Below are positions 39,147 to 51,462 of a stretch of DNA of 54,012 nucleotides, piece by piece. The notes beneath the pieces were generated by a model, which saw only the letters and a program-made list of their open reading frames with translations, had not been told where the DNA came from and searched no databases. Location: contig NC_068991.1 in NCBI RefSeq assembly GCF_001194135.2, positions 22,683,170 to 22,737,181 on the forward strand, read 5' to 3'. The position numbers and the translations under genes are program-made. The DNA comes from Octopus bimaculoides. Its lineage: Eukaryota. Positions within the stretch are counted from its first letter, which is position 1; each line of letters begins with the position of its first letter.

Positions 39147-40226
39147 GTAAGTCCTTTCTGTCTCGTGTAATGTTTTCCATCTGAAGTTGTAACATCTACT
39201 GCTTTAATGTAGAAACAAGGTGGTCATTTCAGTTTAATACTAAGACTGACAACTCAATCTGCACTATTGATGTCTTCTTGTGGGGAATGAGGTAGGGGAA
39301 ATGAGCTTAGTCACTGGAAGAAGGGCAAAACTTTTTTTTTTTTTGCTATTTGGTCTCCAAGAAGAAAGTAAGAAACCACATTTGTGAGTTGCTGCAGGAA
39401 GCAGTTGTCCATCATGATACCAAATTATCCTCACACTACAGAACCAGTCTGAATGTTTGCACCAGAACGGACACTGCTAAAGACACTGAAATACCAAGTG
39501 ATGGTTGTGTTTTGGGCCGTACACTTAATTCTACATGTTTTACTTCAAGTACCTCTATGAAATGAGTACCAGATCATCAGGAGTTATTATACCTGTTAAC
39601 CACAAAAGATGTGTGGGCTTCTTCTCATGTTTTGATGTGCAACGTGAACTTTGTAAACAAAAGCTTATTCAGTGTTGTTTGTTTCCAGTTTACCATGTAA
39701 CTATGTCTGGGAAGTGGCTCAGTAAACTACAGATTAGTGCTTTGCATGGAAACAGTGGCGACAGAAAGAGCATCCAGCCATAGAAAATCTGCCCCAATAA
39801 ATTTTATCTGACCCATACAAGCATGGAAAAGTAGCTCTTAAAAAGCTGATGTCCTTTCCAGGAAGCAACATTGCCTCTCCATTTAATGCTATAAAACTGA
39901 AGTAGCCAACCACATCCAGCCCAAATATTCTACATGTTGAGATCCAACCTCTCTCACCTACCCTACAATGTCATTCTAAAAGTAAACAATTACATCAGCA
40001 AAATTTTGAAGCTATGAGATAATGCACAATTAATTTAAAGCCATGTGAATAAATAGGCATTACACTTGACAAAGTGATCTGCATGCTGAAGGGTTAAGAA
40101 TTCTTTGACAATTAGCAAATATTTTTACATTACATTAACTTAATGATGTCTTAGTACATTCATTACCCTTCAGCTTTACAAGTTACTTTCATTGTTTATG
40201 CATAACTGGTCATACTTATATTTCAG

Positions 40227-40329
40227 ATTCACAAGAAATATACAACCGCATCTCCAAGTACATGAGCAATGCCAACTACCTCCTCCCAATAGCTATCGGA
40301 GAAGCTATGGTCACCTACAAAGGCAGAAA
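40227..40329 (+). CDS. PACS: PACS exon (D)SQEIYNRISKYMSNANYLLPIAIGEAMVTYKGR, phase 1-2
   Basis: CAG acceptor and GTAAGT donor; matches DIVSRITQYIAGAN..QLPIAEAMLTYKQK. Confidence 0.95.
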
Positions 40330-40574
40330 GTAAGTATCATGTATTGACCACTTACTCTGATTTTATTATCTTCAGTCTGTTTCTTCCACTATTCTTCTTT
40401 GAGACACAGTAACACACAGACATATGCAGACAGTACAAAAGTGATTAAGTATATTTATTCCTACATGCGCACATCATTTTATATATATATATATATATAT
40501 AAATTGTAGATCACCTCAACCACGAGCTAGCATACACTGGTGCTTACAATTGTCAAGTATTACCTCTAACATTT

Positions 40575-40605
<31 letters not shown>

Positions 40606-40759
40606 GTAGATGGTTGCTTAACTGGCCAAAACTTTGAAGTCACCATCAACAACATCCTTGTATAAGAATAATAAATTTGTATTCTACAAAAATATAGAGT
40701 AACCCATCAGATTAATGTGAAATTGCTTTTATTATAACTGAACATAAAAGCAAACTATA

Positions 40760-40804
<45 letters not shown>

Positions 40805-41103
40805 NNNNNNNNNNNNNNNNNNNNNNNNNNNNNNNNNNNNNNNNNNNNNNNNNNNNNNNNNNNNNNNNNNNNNNNNNNNNNNNNNNNNNNNNNNNNNNNN
40901 NNNNNNNNNNNNNNNNNNNNNNNNNNNNNNNNNNNNNNNNNNNNNNNNNNNNNNNNNNNNNNNNNNNNNNNNNNNNNNNNNNNNNNNNNNNNNNNNNNNN
41001 NNNNNNNNNNNNNNNNNNNNNNNNNNNNNNNNNNNNNNNNNNNNNNNNNNNNNNNNNNNNNNNNNNNNNNNNNNNNNNNNNNNNNNNNNNNNNNNNNNNN
41101 NNN

Positions 41104-41223
41104 GTTATAGCAGTACGTACGTTTCGTACAAGCTCCATTTATTCATGTGGTGAGAACACCACAGAATGTACAATGAAAATGTATTCCTCAGCTTGTACGA
41201 AACGTACGTACTGCTATAACCTA
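41104..41223. mobile_element. Short MITE-like foldback element with perfect 31-bp inverted repeats
   Basis: GTTATAGCAGTACGTACGTTTCGTACAAGCT (41104-41134) and its exact reverse complement (41190-41220); left end runs into an N gap. Confidence 0.75.
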
Positions 41224-41399
41224 TTGAATTTTTGTTGCTTATCTTCAAATTTTTATTCACCAAATCTCTTGATTTTGTTTTTGGTTTTTATCCTACCAAA
41301 TTTTGGTGCCTCAAACATTTTAAGTACCACGTTTAATCTTTTGATTAAATCTATATTATTATATATTTTTATATATATATATATACATATATCTTTGTA

Positions 41400-41700
41400 C
41401 TTGTTTCAGTCATTAGACTGGGGCTATGCTGGGGCACTGCATTGAATGGTTAATCAGATAACTCAACCCAATACTATTTTTAAATCTGATACTTCAGTCC
41501 CTTTTGCCAAACCACTAAGTTACAGAGTCATAAGCACACCAACATCAGTTATCATACATATGTACGAATGATGCACTTCTGCAGTTCCCAGCTATCAAAT
41601 TCACTCGCATGACATCAGTCGGCCCAGAGCTCTAGTAGAAGACACTTACTCAAGATGTTATGTAATGGGACTGAACCCAAAACCCAGCCCAGTACAACCA
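41400..41700 (-). mobile_element. Diverged copy of the main tRNA-derived SINE
   Basis: TTGTTTCAGTCATT tail, TTTTGCCAAACCACTAAGTTAC, GTAGAAGACACTT, GGGACTGAACCC. Confidence 0.75.
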
Positions 41701-42464
41701 TACAACCATTATATAATTATTTGTTCGAAGATGATAATTCATTCTCACTTTCTAATTTCTTGTTACATATACAATTATTCAGTCAGTAGTCCCTGATACA
41801 CTAGCCTCTAAAGGATCACACATAACAAAAAGTTCTAAATAGCATGAGTTTACTTTCAGATATACTCATTAGGTTATATTCTTTTTGTATTACCTGAAAT
41901 AGAATACCCGCATATCTATTAATCCCCAAAAACTGAAATATATATATATATGTGTGTGTGTGTGTCATTTTTATNNNNNNNNNNTTGCTGAGTTTTTTTT
42001 TTTTTTTTTTTTCCTTTTTAATAGTATAAAATATTTATTAAAGATTCTTTTTCAATACGATTTGACTGAGCCTTCCCCTGTCTGACCAGCTCCAGTTCAT
42101 TTGTATGAGAAATGCTTTTATTAAATCTGACACACCTGTATAATCTTTGCTTTTATTACAGTTCATGGAATATTTTACATTATAACAGTTTCCCCCCACA
42201 CACAGAAAAGTAGAGTAGTTAAGATTTTATTTTGGGAGGAACCCTATTCCCATCTTATAACATGTATATGCAGGATGTTTTATCTCAAGTTCAAGTCCAT
42301 ACACAACGTGGTTAATAGATCGAGTAGTAAGATTGTGTTTAGATAAAATATTAGGTCTAGGTATAGACGTGTGGTTGAGAAGTTCCCTTTGTTATCATGT
42401 AGGGAGTGTAATGTTGTGTGATGACCTCCAGTATGTGTGCTTGTGTGTGTGTGTAAACAATTAG

Positions 42465-42515
42465 GACCTGGGCAGCTCCCCAGCTGGCCAGATCCTATCA
42501 GACTGTGCAATCCAG
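42465..42515 (+). CDS. Candidate PACS cassette exon (K)TWAAPQLARSYQTVQS(S), 51 nt, phase 2-2
   Basis: TAG acceptor after a TG-rich tract; weak CAG|GTCATC donor; open in the required phase; GC-rich island; similar to the 43314 exon. Confidence 0.4.
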
Positions 42516-43313
42516 GTCATCATGAATAGCAGACATTAAATGATGATACACAAAATGATGTAACTGAATTATGTAATCATAAATTATTTCGTGTAATTGT
42601 CTTAAGCATGTATATAAGTGTACCATGATTAACTTATATATGTAATAAATATTACTATATTTTTCTCTGATATTCTCAAGTGCAACATAGTGCATATGAA
42701 TGATGTTTCAGGTGCATATTATACAGTTGTGTGGTGAGAAGCAATGTTACTTAGCCAGGTATGTAGTATAGAAGATGTATAGGTGGAATATTTGTGGCAG
42801 ACTTAATTGTGTAAAAGTGTCAAATTGCAGAGGACTCACTCAGATATGTACATAGGTTTCAAACATTTCATACAACTGAATTGACTCTGTATAGAGATGC
42901 TCATACCTGTAACATATTCACTTCATTCTTTTTTCATATTTTCACAATTTTATTTCTTTTTGTTTTCTTTTTTTGTTTCTTTTTAATGTCCTTTGATAAC
43001 TAATTTTCTATTAATCTCAAATTAGCCCATGATTAAGGAGTCTACCTGGAATTGCCCAGAATATACACAATTTTAAACAATCACCAGTGTGGTAGTCCAA
43101 AGAAAGCAACTGCCCATCTCAGCATTTTTAATTGAAGATCACCAAATTGCATTTATTACAGAGACAGTATATCAGGGGTTTCTACAGTCACTGAGCCAAT
43201 GAGCACTTACTAATCATTATTAATTAATCCAATTGTCTTCATTATTGGGATTTTTTTTTTGTTCTTCCTTTCTCTCTCTCTAATCTGGGCTTCCCTTCTT
43301 TGCCTGACTCTAG

Positions 43314-43388
43314 ACTAGCCAGATCATCAAGTGTGCAACCTATGAGGCAAGATGGATTCTATTCCCACCATCACTCCACTGCTACCAG
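43314..43388 (+). CDS. Candidate PACS cassette exon (K)LARSSSVQPMRQDGFYSHHHSTAT(S), 75 nt, phase 2-2
   Basis: Long pyrimidine tract plus TAG; CAG|GTAAAC donor; 3n length; no stops in the phase set by exons 40227 and 47847. Confidence 0.65.
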
Positions 43389-45124
43389 GTAAACGACATG
43401 AGGTGAAACTGTCACTGTCCTCACTGAATCAAGTTTCCCTTATGACTCTGGGCATGAATGAACCAACACCGTACCACACATACACATGCTCCCATACATA
43501 AAACTACACTCACCTCTCTCCCACACACACACACACATAAATTTTCACACACGGTGTTTCTTTGTTGTGTGTAATCTATACAACATAGTGTGGTAGCACT
43601 TTAACCTATTAGTCAATTTGTGCGTGTGCATGTGTGCGCATGTGCAGGGCCTTATTTAAACAAGACCCAGCATGGAACTGCATCTCACTAAATTAGCACT
43701 GTAGTTGTTAGGCACCCCGTAAACTCTGTTGTTGTTACTGTCTAAATCATTATTATTATTATCACCTTCATCAATGCCATTATCATTATTATTATTATTA
43801 TTGTTTTCTCTTCCCTCTTTCCCAATGATCTTAGACTAGTGTTGTTTACCTGGAGTTCCCACATATTTGTACCTGTGCCACACCTGTAGTAACTTCTACC
43901 TTCAGTGCACTAATTCCCTTCATTAGACTGTAGTAAGTCATTGGTGTTTCTTAGATTCTTAACTTCTAGTCTGTCTGTGTGTCACTCTTTTGTTGAGCTA
44001 TGCCACCAGCCTTCACTTGATCCTCAACATAGCTACTGTCTCCTTCAAAATGAAATGGATTGATTGTCTTCCTGGAGGTAACAACTCAGCCTCCATCACC
44101 ATTATGGATATTGACACCCTTGGAAGTTGTTAGAGACTTGGTGATAGCAGGCTGAGCTTCTAACTCCAGTCTCTTGACACTTGAATTAGGCTGTAACCTT
44201 ATTTCCAATGGAGAGAGAGACATTGAAGGCTATTTTAGTAACTTAATCATATAGTTTTATAACAGTGACCTTTCAGTACTTGTTGACTTATTACTTAAAA
44301 CATATCAGTTTTTGACAATATAATGTCAATTAAAAAGTGTATTATACTGACAGCTTAATAGGATAGTATTGTAGTTCGCTTGAAGCATTGTGTATTGTTT
44401 GTAAAGAATAAAAAGTTTTGAATGGTACAACAATGCACTATAATACAAAAAATTGACTATATACTTGTTGTAATTTAGTTATCTATAGTCTGATGATATT
44501 TCAGAATACAATTCCTTCTTCAGATATTCTTAGATGGAGTCTCTGCTATAAACAGCTTAATGTTGATTATGGTGAGGGATTGTATGGCCTTTTACGTTTC
44601 GATGTGAAGTGGGTAATATTTTAGCTACTTCATACTGACTATGGAAGATGCTAATGCATTATTATTGACTTGGGAGAGGAAATTGATATATTGCTTAATC
44701 TTGACAATGAGGGGCTCATTATCATCAGTTAACATCCATGTTACATGCTGGTATGGGTTGGATAGTTTGACAAAATCTGATGGGTCCAAGGACTGCATCT
44801 TATCCTAATGCTGGTTTCTATAGTTGGATGCCCTTCCTAACACCATGAATGTATAATGGTATATTAATGATTATGGAGAGGAAATATGTTAACAACTGAG
44901 AAGTTTATAAATTGAGGGAAGTAGTTTGGTATGGTAATGTTTATTAGAGAAGAAATTTTTGATAGCCTAATGCCGACAATGGAGAAATGTGTGAACAAGA
45001 GTTTAATGTTCACTTTCTTGAAGTGGTGGGGTGGAATGTTGACTGAAAATTAGAAATATAATGAAAACCTGAAGTTAACAGTCAAAAGTGAATAGATTGA
45101 CTGTAAAGAGGGAATATAGAGATA

Positions 45125-45337
45125 GTTTAATGCTGAATGGCAAGGAATATGTTGACAGTTTAATGCTGATTGCCAAAGAATATGTCTACAGTTATATGCT
45201 AAATGTCAAGGAACATATTGACAGTTTAATACTGTCAAGAAATATGGTGACAATTTAATAATGACTAACAAGGAATATGTTGACAGCTTAATACTGACAA
45301 GCTAGTATGTTGACAGCTTATATTATACAGCAGGACA
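45125..45337. repeat. Degenerate 33-bp minisatellite, ~7 units
   Basis: GTTTAATGCTGAATGGCAAGGAATATGTTGACA and variants of 22-33 bp. Confidence 0.85.
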
Positions 45338-45741
45338 GTTATGAAGAGGTTTTATATTTTCTATCCACATCAACACAAATGTTTTTTTTTTCTTTTCCAT
45401 TTGAAAGCCATTTCATTTTGTTCCATTGATTTACATGTTCTGATAAATACACAATTTGCATCACAGTTTTAATAATTTAAATGATGCTTAGGGTATTTTT
45501 CACAAAATTCAATTTCTCAGCAATTAGGAAGCTGAAATATTGGTTTCAAAAGAAGGCAACACACTTTTTTTTATTGTTATTTAAGTTAATATTTTAGTTT
45601 GAATCAGTTTTGATATTTTAGCATGTATGTTTAATTTGTTCCATTTATGTTCTTTCTGCATTTTTGTAGTTGTTTAGACAAGCAGGTATATTTTGGCTGA
45701 AATATGCATCAGCAATTTTCTGTATATCTTATTTTACATAT

Positions 45742-45804
<63 letters not shown>

Positions 45805-46079
45805 TACACACACATATATATATATTTAGTTCATATTTTCAAAAATTATTTTCATAATTTTAAAATTCATTGATATTAATTTAAAATAAAGAAGCTATTA
45901 TTATTATCATTATCATCACCATCATGTTCATTCATGTTCAGTTTGGGTGATCCAAATGATTGCAAGATATCTTGTCATTTGTTTAAATTTTCTCTTTAGT
46001 TAAAAAAAAAAAAGGTAGCTATATTTATCTAGATTTATCTGAAGAAATTTTATTCATATCTTACATATGTATCACTATA

Positions 46080-46372
46080 TTGACCAGACTATCAGATGTT
46101 ATACACCACTGATCACAATGCACTTCTTTGCATTGGTGTAGCTTTCAGATAATGTCACTCTGCTGGTTAGGCAGGCAGATAGGCAAGCAAGGGCAACCTC
46201 CCTTTTGACTGGAACACCAATCCATTACAAGGTTACTCATTTACAGCTGAGTAGACTGAAGGAATGTGAAATGAAGTGTTTTGCTCAAGAACACAATGTA
46301 TTGCTGTTCTGGGAATCGAAACCATGATCTTGTGATTGTGAGTGCAACACCCTAACCACCAGGCTATGCACA
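46080..46372 (-). mobile_element. tRNA-derived SINE of another family
   Basis: Minus strand TAGCCTGGTGGTTAGGG A box, GGTTTCGATTCCC B box, GTGTTCTTGAGCAAAACACTT..CTACTCAGCTGTAAATGAGTA body. Confidence 0.75.
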
Positions 46373-47269
46373 TTCTCTAATGTGTGTGTGTGGTGCAAAG
46401 AAGGGGACAAGCTCTATGGAGTGGAATGAGATCAGTGTTGTTGCAAAATTCAACTTCTACTGAAGATAAATTTAACTGGAAAAGGATTCCTGAAAGTTGT
46501 TGATTGCCGGGTGCGGGATTTGAGTGAAGTCTTTACTGTGAAATTTGTTGGATGAGACATATTGGAAGAGAAACAAATCAGAAAATAAATAAATAAATAA
46601 ACTGGGACTGATAGAAATTCATAGATTGCAAGGTATTAATGGTGGCTTTGAGAGATAAGGGTTGATTCTATGAACATTAATACAAACCTCACTAGAAACA
46701 TCAATAAATATCTATTTACTAACAATATCTAGAGTAATTTTGCTTGTAGATAACAAGTATGTATCTAAAACCATAAAATGGGAAAATGCCTGTTTTTCTT
46801 TGGTCATTTTACTTTGATAATTTTATGGTTCATTATGATACAAAGGTCAAATTGGTTTTTTGAAGGCATGAGATTTTATGTTCCCAAATATATGTTTCTA
46901 AATGTATGCTCCGTCAATAGTTATAAGGGTTGTAACTCAAATGGAATCTGCTAGTTGTTATTGAAGTTGTTTGGTTAATGAAGATTGCTAAAATGGATAA
47001 TAAAACCCAAAATGCTCTGTTTACTTATTGTTTACTTCAATTTTTCCTAATGTCATACTTGAAATTCACTAGGTTCCACCACTTTGGCTTTTCATTTTTC
47101 TGAGATCCATAAAATAAGCACCAGTAAATACTGGGGTTGAAATCACTGGAGCCCAACACCCTTTCAACCCTTTTTTTTTTTTTTTTTGCCAATGTATAAA
47201 ATTACAGCCGTTGTGATCTATTATTCCTTTCTGTGTATATATATGTATTTGCTCTTTGATTTTTTTTCA

Positions 47270-47640
47270 CTGGTTTTCATTCACGGACTGCAGCCATGAT
47301 AAAGTACCACTGTCAAGAGTTTAGCTTTGAATGTGGTATGACAGTATTGCTTATTGATTCCTGTACTTACTTCAACCTGGTACTTATTTTATAAATCTCT
47401 TTTTGTTGTTGAGCCGCTAAGTTATAAGACATAGAAGGATACTAACATAAATTACTGCAGTTCTTATACCATAAACACACACACACACACACAAAATTAG
47501 TTTCTAAACAGTTTACCAAATTCCACACACAAGTTCTTAGTTAACCTGAGTTATAATAGAAGATATTTGACAACCACTCAGTGTGGTCTCAAAATGTCAT
47601 AACCATATGGCGATGAAACAAACTTCTCAACTACATAGCT
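47270..47640 (-). mobile_element. Highly diverged copy of the main SINE
   Basis: GGACTGCAGCCATG, GAGCCGCTAAGTTA, CCAAATTCCACACACAAG segments. Confidence 0.55.
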
Positions 47641-47846
47641 ATTTCAGTTTTAATGTAGATTCTTCTTTCAAAGTTTTACAAACATTTATATTTTTTCCAC
47701 TCTCTCTATTCTTGTCCTTTCAAGGATATCTTTTGGTGAAGTAAATTTAATTTAGTCTATGTAAAATTAAGAGATTGATTTAGCTTCCAATATGTTTATG
47801 TCTGTATCCTCTGTCTGACACTTTTTCTACAATTTTCTACTTCCAG

Positions 47847-47889
47847 CAGTGATGAAGAGTCAACACAAATATTTATTCCTTTCATCAGT
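47847..47889 (+). CDS. PACS: PACS exon (N)SDEESTQIFIPFIS, phase 2-0
   Basis: CAG acceptor and GTAAGT donor; matches human SPDEESSQKFIPFVG. Confidence 0.95.
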
Positions 47890-48381
47890 GTAAGTAAATC
47901 TTTTGGTTTATGTGTTCCAGACTCTAACACTTTTGTCTCTGTCCTTATCAGCCTTTTAGACACACTCATATATGTGCATAAATGGGTCCTCTGTTAGCAT
48001 TGACAATGTGTATTGCAGTTGTTCAGCCAACGACACTATTTAACAGATACATGTGCTCTTAACATAATCTTCAAGCAGTGTCAACATGTTATTGTAGCAA
48101 AGCTGGACACTTGGAATTACAGGTATACACCATGAAATGGGCGACACACACATTTCCACTTGCTCAATTTCACTCACACAAAGTTTGGATTGAGTGGATG
48201 CTATGATAGAAGACATTTGCCCAAGGTGCTGGGCAGTATGTCCAAAGTCAGGACCTCATGTTTACAAAGCAAACTTCCTAACTACAGGGTCATGTCTGCA
48301 CCATTCATATGTGTGTGTATACATGTACACACACAATCATTTACATACATATCTCTGATAGTATTTATTTTTCTATTGCAG

Positions 48382-48421
48382 GAGGTGAAGATTGGTTCCC
48401 CTGATTATCTAAATGCATCAG
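48382..48421 (+). CDS. PACS: PACS exon EVKIGSPDYLNAS, phase 0-1
   Basis: TTGCAG acceptor and CAG|GTAAGA donor; matches VVKVG.. Confidence 0.92.
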
Positions 48422-48700
48422 GTAAGACTTTTGTCCTTCTTTCTTTCCTTAAATAATTTTTAAATCCCTTGAACACCCTCTTCACTCTCAACTAAATAGG
48501 TAATGCAATACATAGGGAAAACTCCAAAGATTGACTAACAGCATTCAGATCAGGCCTCCTGCTCTCTCCCACCAGTTGCAGAGGCCCTGCAAAGGTCATG
48601 GGTACTGCCTTTCCCTCTAGGTTGAAATATATATATATACACACACACACACATACACACATTTTATTTGTAATCCTGCACATACACACAGCCATTCCTG

Positions 48701-48772
<72 letters not shown>

Positions 48773-49104
48773 NNNNNNNNNNNNNNNNNNNNNNNNNNNN
48801 NNNNNNNNNNNNNNNNNNNNNNNNNNNNNNNNNNNNNNNNNNNNNNNNNNNNNNNNNNNNNNNNNNNNNNNNNNNNNNNNNNNNNNNNNNNNNNNNNNNN
48901 NNNNNNNNNNNNNNNNNNNNNNNNNNNNNNNNNNNNNNNNNNNNNNNNNNNNNNNNNNNNNNNNNNNNNNNNNNNNNNNNNNNNNNNNNNNNNNNNNNNN
49001 NNNNNNNNNNNNNNNNNNNNNNNNNNNNNNNNNNNNNNNNNNNNNNNNNNNNNNNNNNNNNNNNNNNNNNNNNNNNNNNNNNNNNNNNNNNNNNNNNNNN
49101 NNNN

Positions 49105-49395
49105 ACTTATTCTATCGGTCTCTTTTGCTGAACCGCTAAGTTACAGGGACGTAAACACACCAGCATCGGTTGTCAAGCGATGCTGGGGAGACAAACACAG
49201 ACACACAAACATATATATATACATATATATATACATATATACGACGGGCTTCTTTCAGTTTCCGTCTACCAAATCAACTCACAAGGCTTTGGTCGGCCCG
49301 AGGCTATAGTAGAAGACACTTGCCCAAGGTGCCACGCAGTGGGAATGAACCCGGAACCATGTGGTTGGTAAGCAAGCTACTTACCACACAGCCAC
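49105..49395 (-). mobile_element. Well-preserved copy of the main tRNA-derived SINE (3' end in gap)
   Basis: Close reverse-complement match to 33219-33530, with many CpGs retained. Confidence 0.9.
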
Positions 49396-50175
49396 ATATA
49401 TATACATACATATATTGTGAGTAAATCATAAATCCAAAAGAGATGCACGCTCTAAGTTGTGGAGTAATTAGATAAAGATAATTATGGTTGGTCTCTGGGG
49501 TAGACCAGCCATAACTATCTTTAATTAATGTATATATATGTATATATATAAAGTATGAAGATATAGACATGTCATAGGTACCACAATAATATAATCTTAG
49601 TGTCATGTTGTACATACACTGAAATTTTATATATACTATAATGTAAAAGGTAGCAAAGAAAGGATGACAAAGGAACTTAGAAATTTATGGGGAAAATGAT
49701 AAAACAACACAAACAAATGAAAACATTCAATCTCTCCTCAATTATCAGCTAAAAATTTTCAAAATTTCAACAGTTTCAAACCTTAATTGTTCCTGGACAG
49801 CATACCTTGATCCTGGCAAAGAGATAACACCTGATGTTAAGGATCTCCAGCCTTCATCAGGAGGTTAATAGGACTGCTAATACTATGAGTGATGAATAAC
49901 ATTATACATCCCAGCTTTAGCGGGAATTTTAAAATTTACTTTTCCAAGTCATCTGAAACCTTGAACCACTTTTTGCTGCAGTGTTTTTGTAAAATTAAAC
50001 AGAAAAGCACACAATCCTTCAAAATATCATGAGAGCTGCTTTAAATAACATAGAAATAAATAGACATGTCATGTATTTGTATAATATAATTTTAGTGTAT
50101 AAACTTTAATAATGCACTCAAAGAAAGAGGAACCTTTTTTTGTGTTTACAAGCTAAATATTGTTTGACTTTCCAG

Positions 50176-50314
50176 TAGATATCGAGGAGTCTGTGACCTG
50201 CCCAACACTGTCAGGTTCACCGCCATCTCAAGTGGCGCCAACAGAGAAAACCAAAGACGGGCATCACACTCCACCAAATTCACCAAATGTTAGCTTAATG
50301 TCCCCCAGCCAGAG
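50176..50314 (+). CDS. PACS: PACS exon (V)DIEESVTCPTLSGSPPSQVAPTEKTKDGHHTPPNSPNVSLMSPSQ(S), phase 1-2
   Basis: CAG/TAG tandem acceptor and AG|GTAAGT donor; SPP..TPP.SP.V pattern as in human PACS. Confidence 0.92.
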
Positions 50315-51462
50315 GTAAGTGTTTTATGTTTGATTTAGCAGGTAAATATAGGCAGAGTTTTGTAATTTCATCTTTGTACTATGACAGATCCAGTTCACAT
50401 GGCTGCTAGTATATTGTAAACAGTGCTTCAAACCAATGATTTCTTTGTTGATTTTATCATGCTTGCTACTACATTCATCCCCTCTGCAGGAGAAGTTATG
50501 TGTGATAGTGTGCTCTACTATCCAATAGCTCCACCTCTTAACTCAATGCTATGGTGATCTGAGGTGGATTGTGACTCATGTGTGAACTACTTAACTAACC
50601 ATGGCTCTAACTAGATTTTGTCTGTTTCTTCATTTTCAAGTATTTATTTATTTCATGGTTAGATCAGTGCAGTTAGTGTACCTCTAGAATAATGCAATTG
50701 AATGGTGACTGGAAAAAGATGGACACAGAGAGTTTCCAGGGGGATGATATGTTGTGGTAAAGGATTTAACAGCGTTTAATACAGGAGCCTAGATGGGGAG
50801 GTAGGTTAGATAATAAGAGTAGGAGTACACACAGTTAGGAGAGATGAGTGAGCCTGGGGCACATTGTTGGAGATGACACAAGATTAAACAGCTCCAAGGA
50901 TCAAAGGCCAATAGAAACGACAATGAAAAAACAATAGCACAAGTGTGGACCGGAGCTTGGAGTGTATTAATTAATGTTTGTGTCTGACCAGGCAAAACAT
51001 TACTACTCTATTAATTAGTCTCTCAAACTGACAACAGCACCAGAATTTGTAACCATCTTATCCGTTTCCTGCAGAGTCTTCATTCTCTGTTTCTACAAGG
51101 AATATTCAACCACCATATGTTATACTCTATATTTTCGCAGGTTGAACTTTCATCTTTTGATGGCATTCTTGCCATGACCATCCCATTTTCTTTTTGGAGG
51201 AGGGTGTGTATTATATCTAGGACCTCGGTTCATGTGATTTGGGGACAGTAGTGTTAGAATTTTAGGGAGTCCTGACTGCTATGTCTATCAGGTTGAGCTA
51301 TTATTGTGCTTCTATGTAAGCAGTGTACTTTATACAGCCTGATTGATCTGTAATAAGAATATTAGGCATTTAACTGTAAAAAAAATGTTCCACCAGTACA
51401 GTATACAAAATATTTTGAGTTTATAAAAGACATTCCTCTTGCTCATACTAAATAACAGTAAC

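Noticed and set aside
44705-44728. Minus-strand CTGATGA followed by the hairpin AATGAG/CTCATT
   Set aside because: No GAAA box; the CTGATGA comes from the (TCA)n end of an interspersed repeat
48481-48506. Second AG|GT junction (TAG|GTAATG)
   Set aside because: It is only 78 nt from the upstream donor, so recursive splicing is unnecessary, and the branch-point-like motif is too close to the AG
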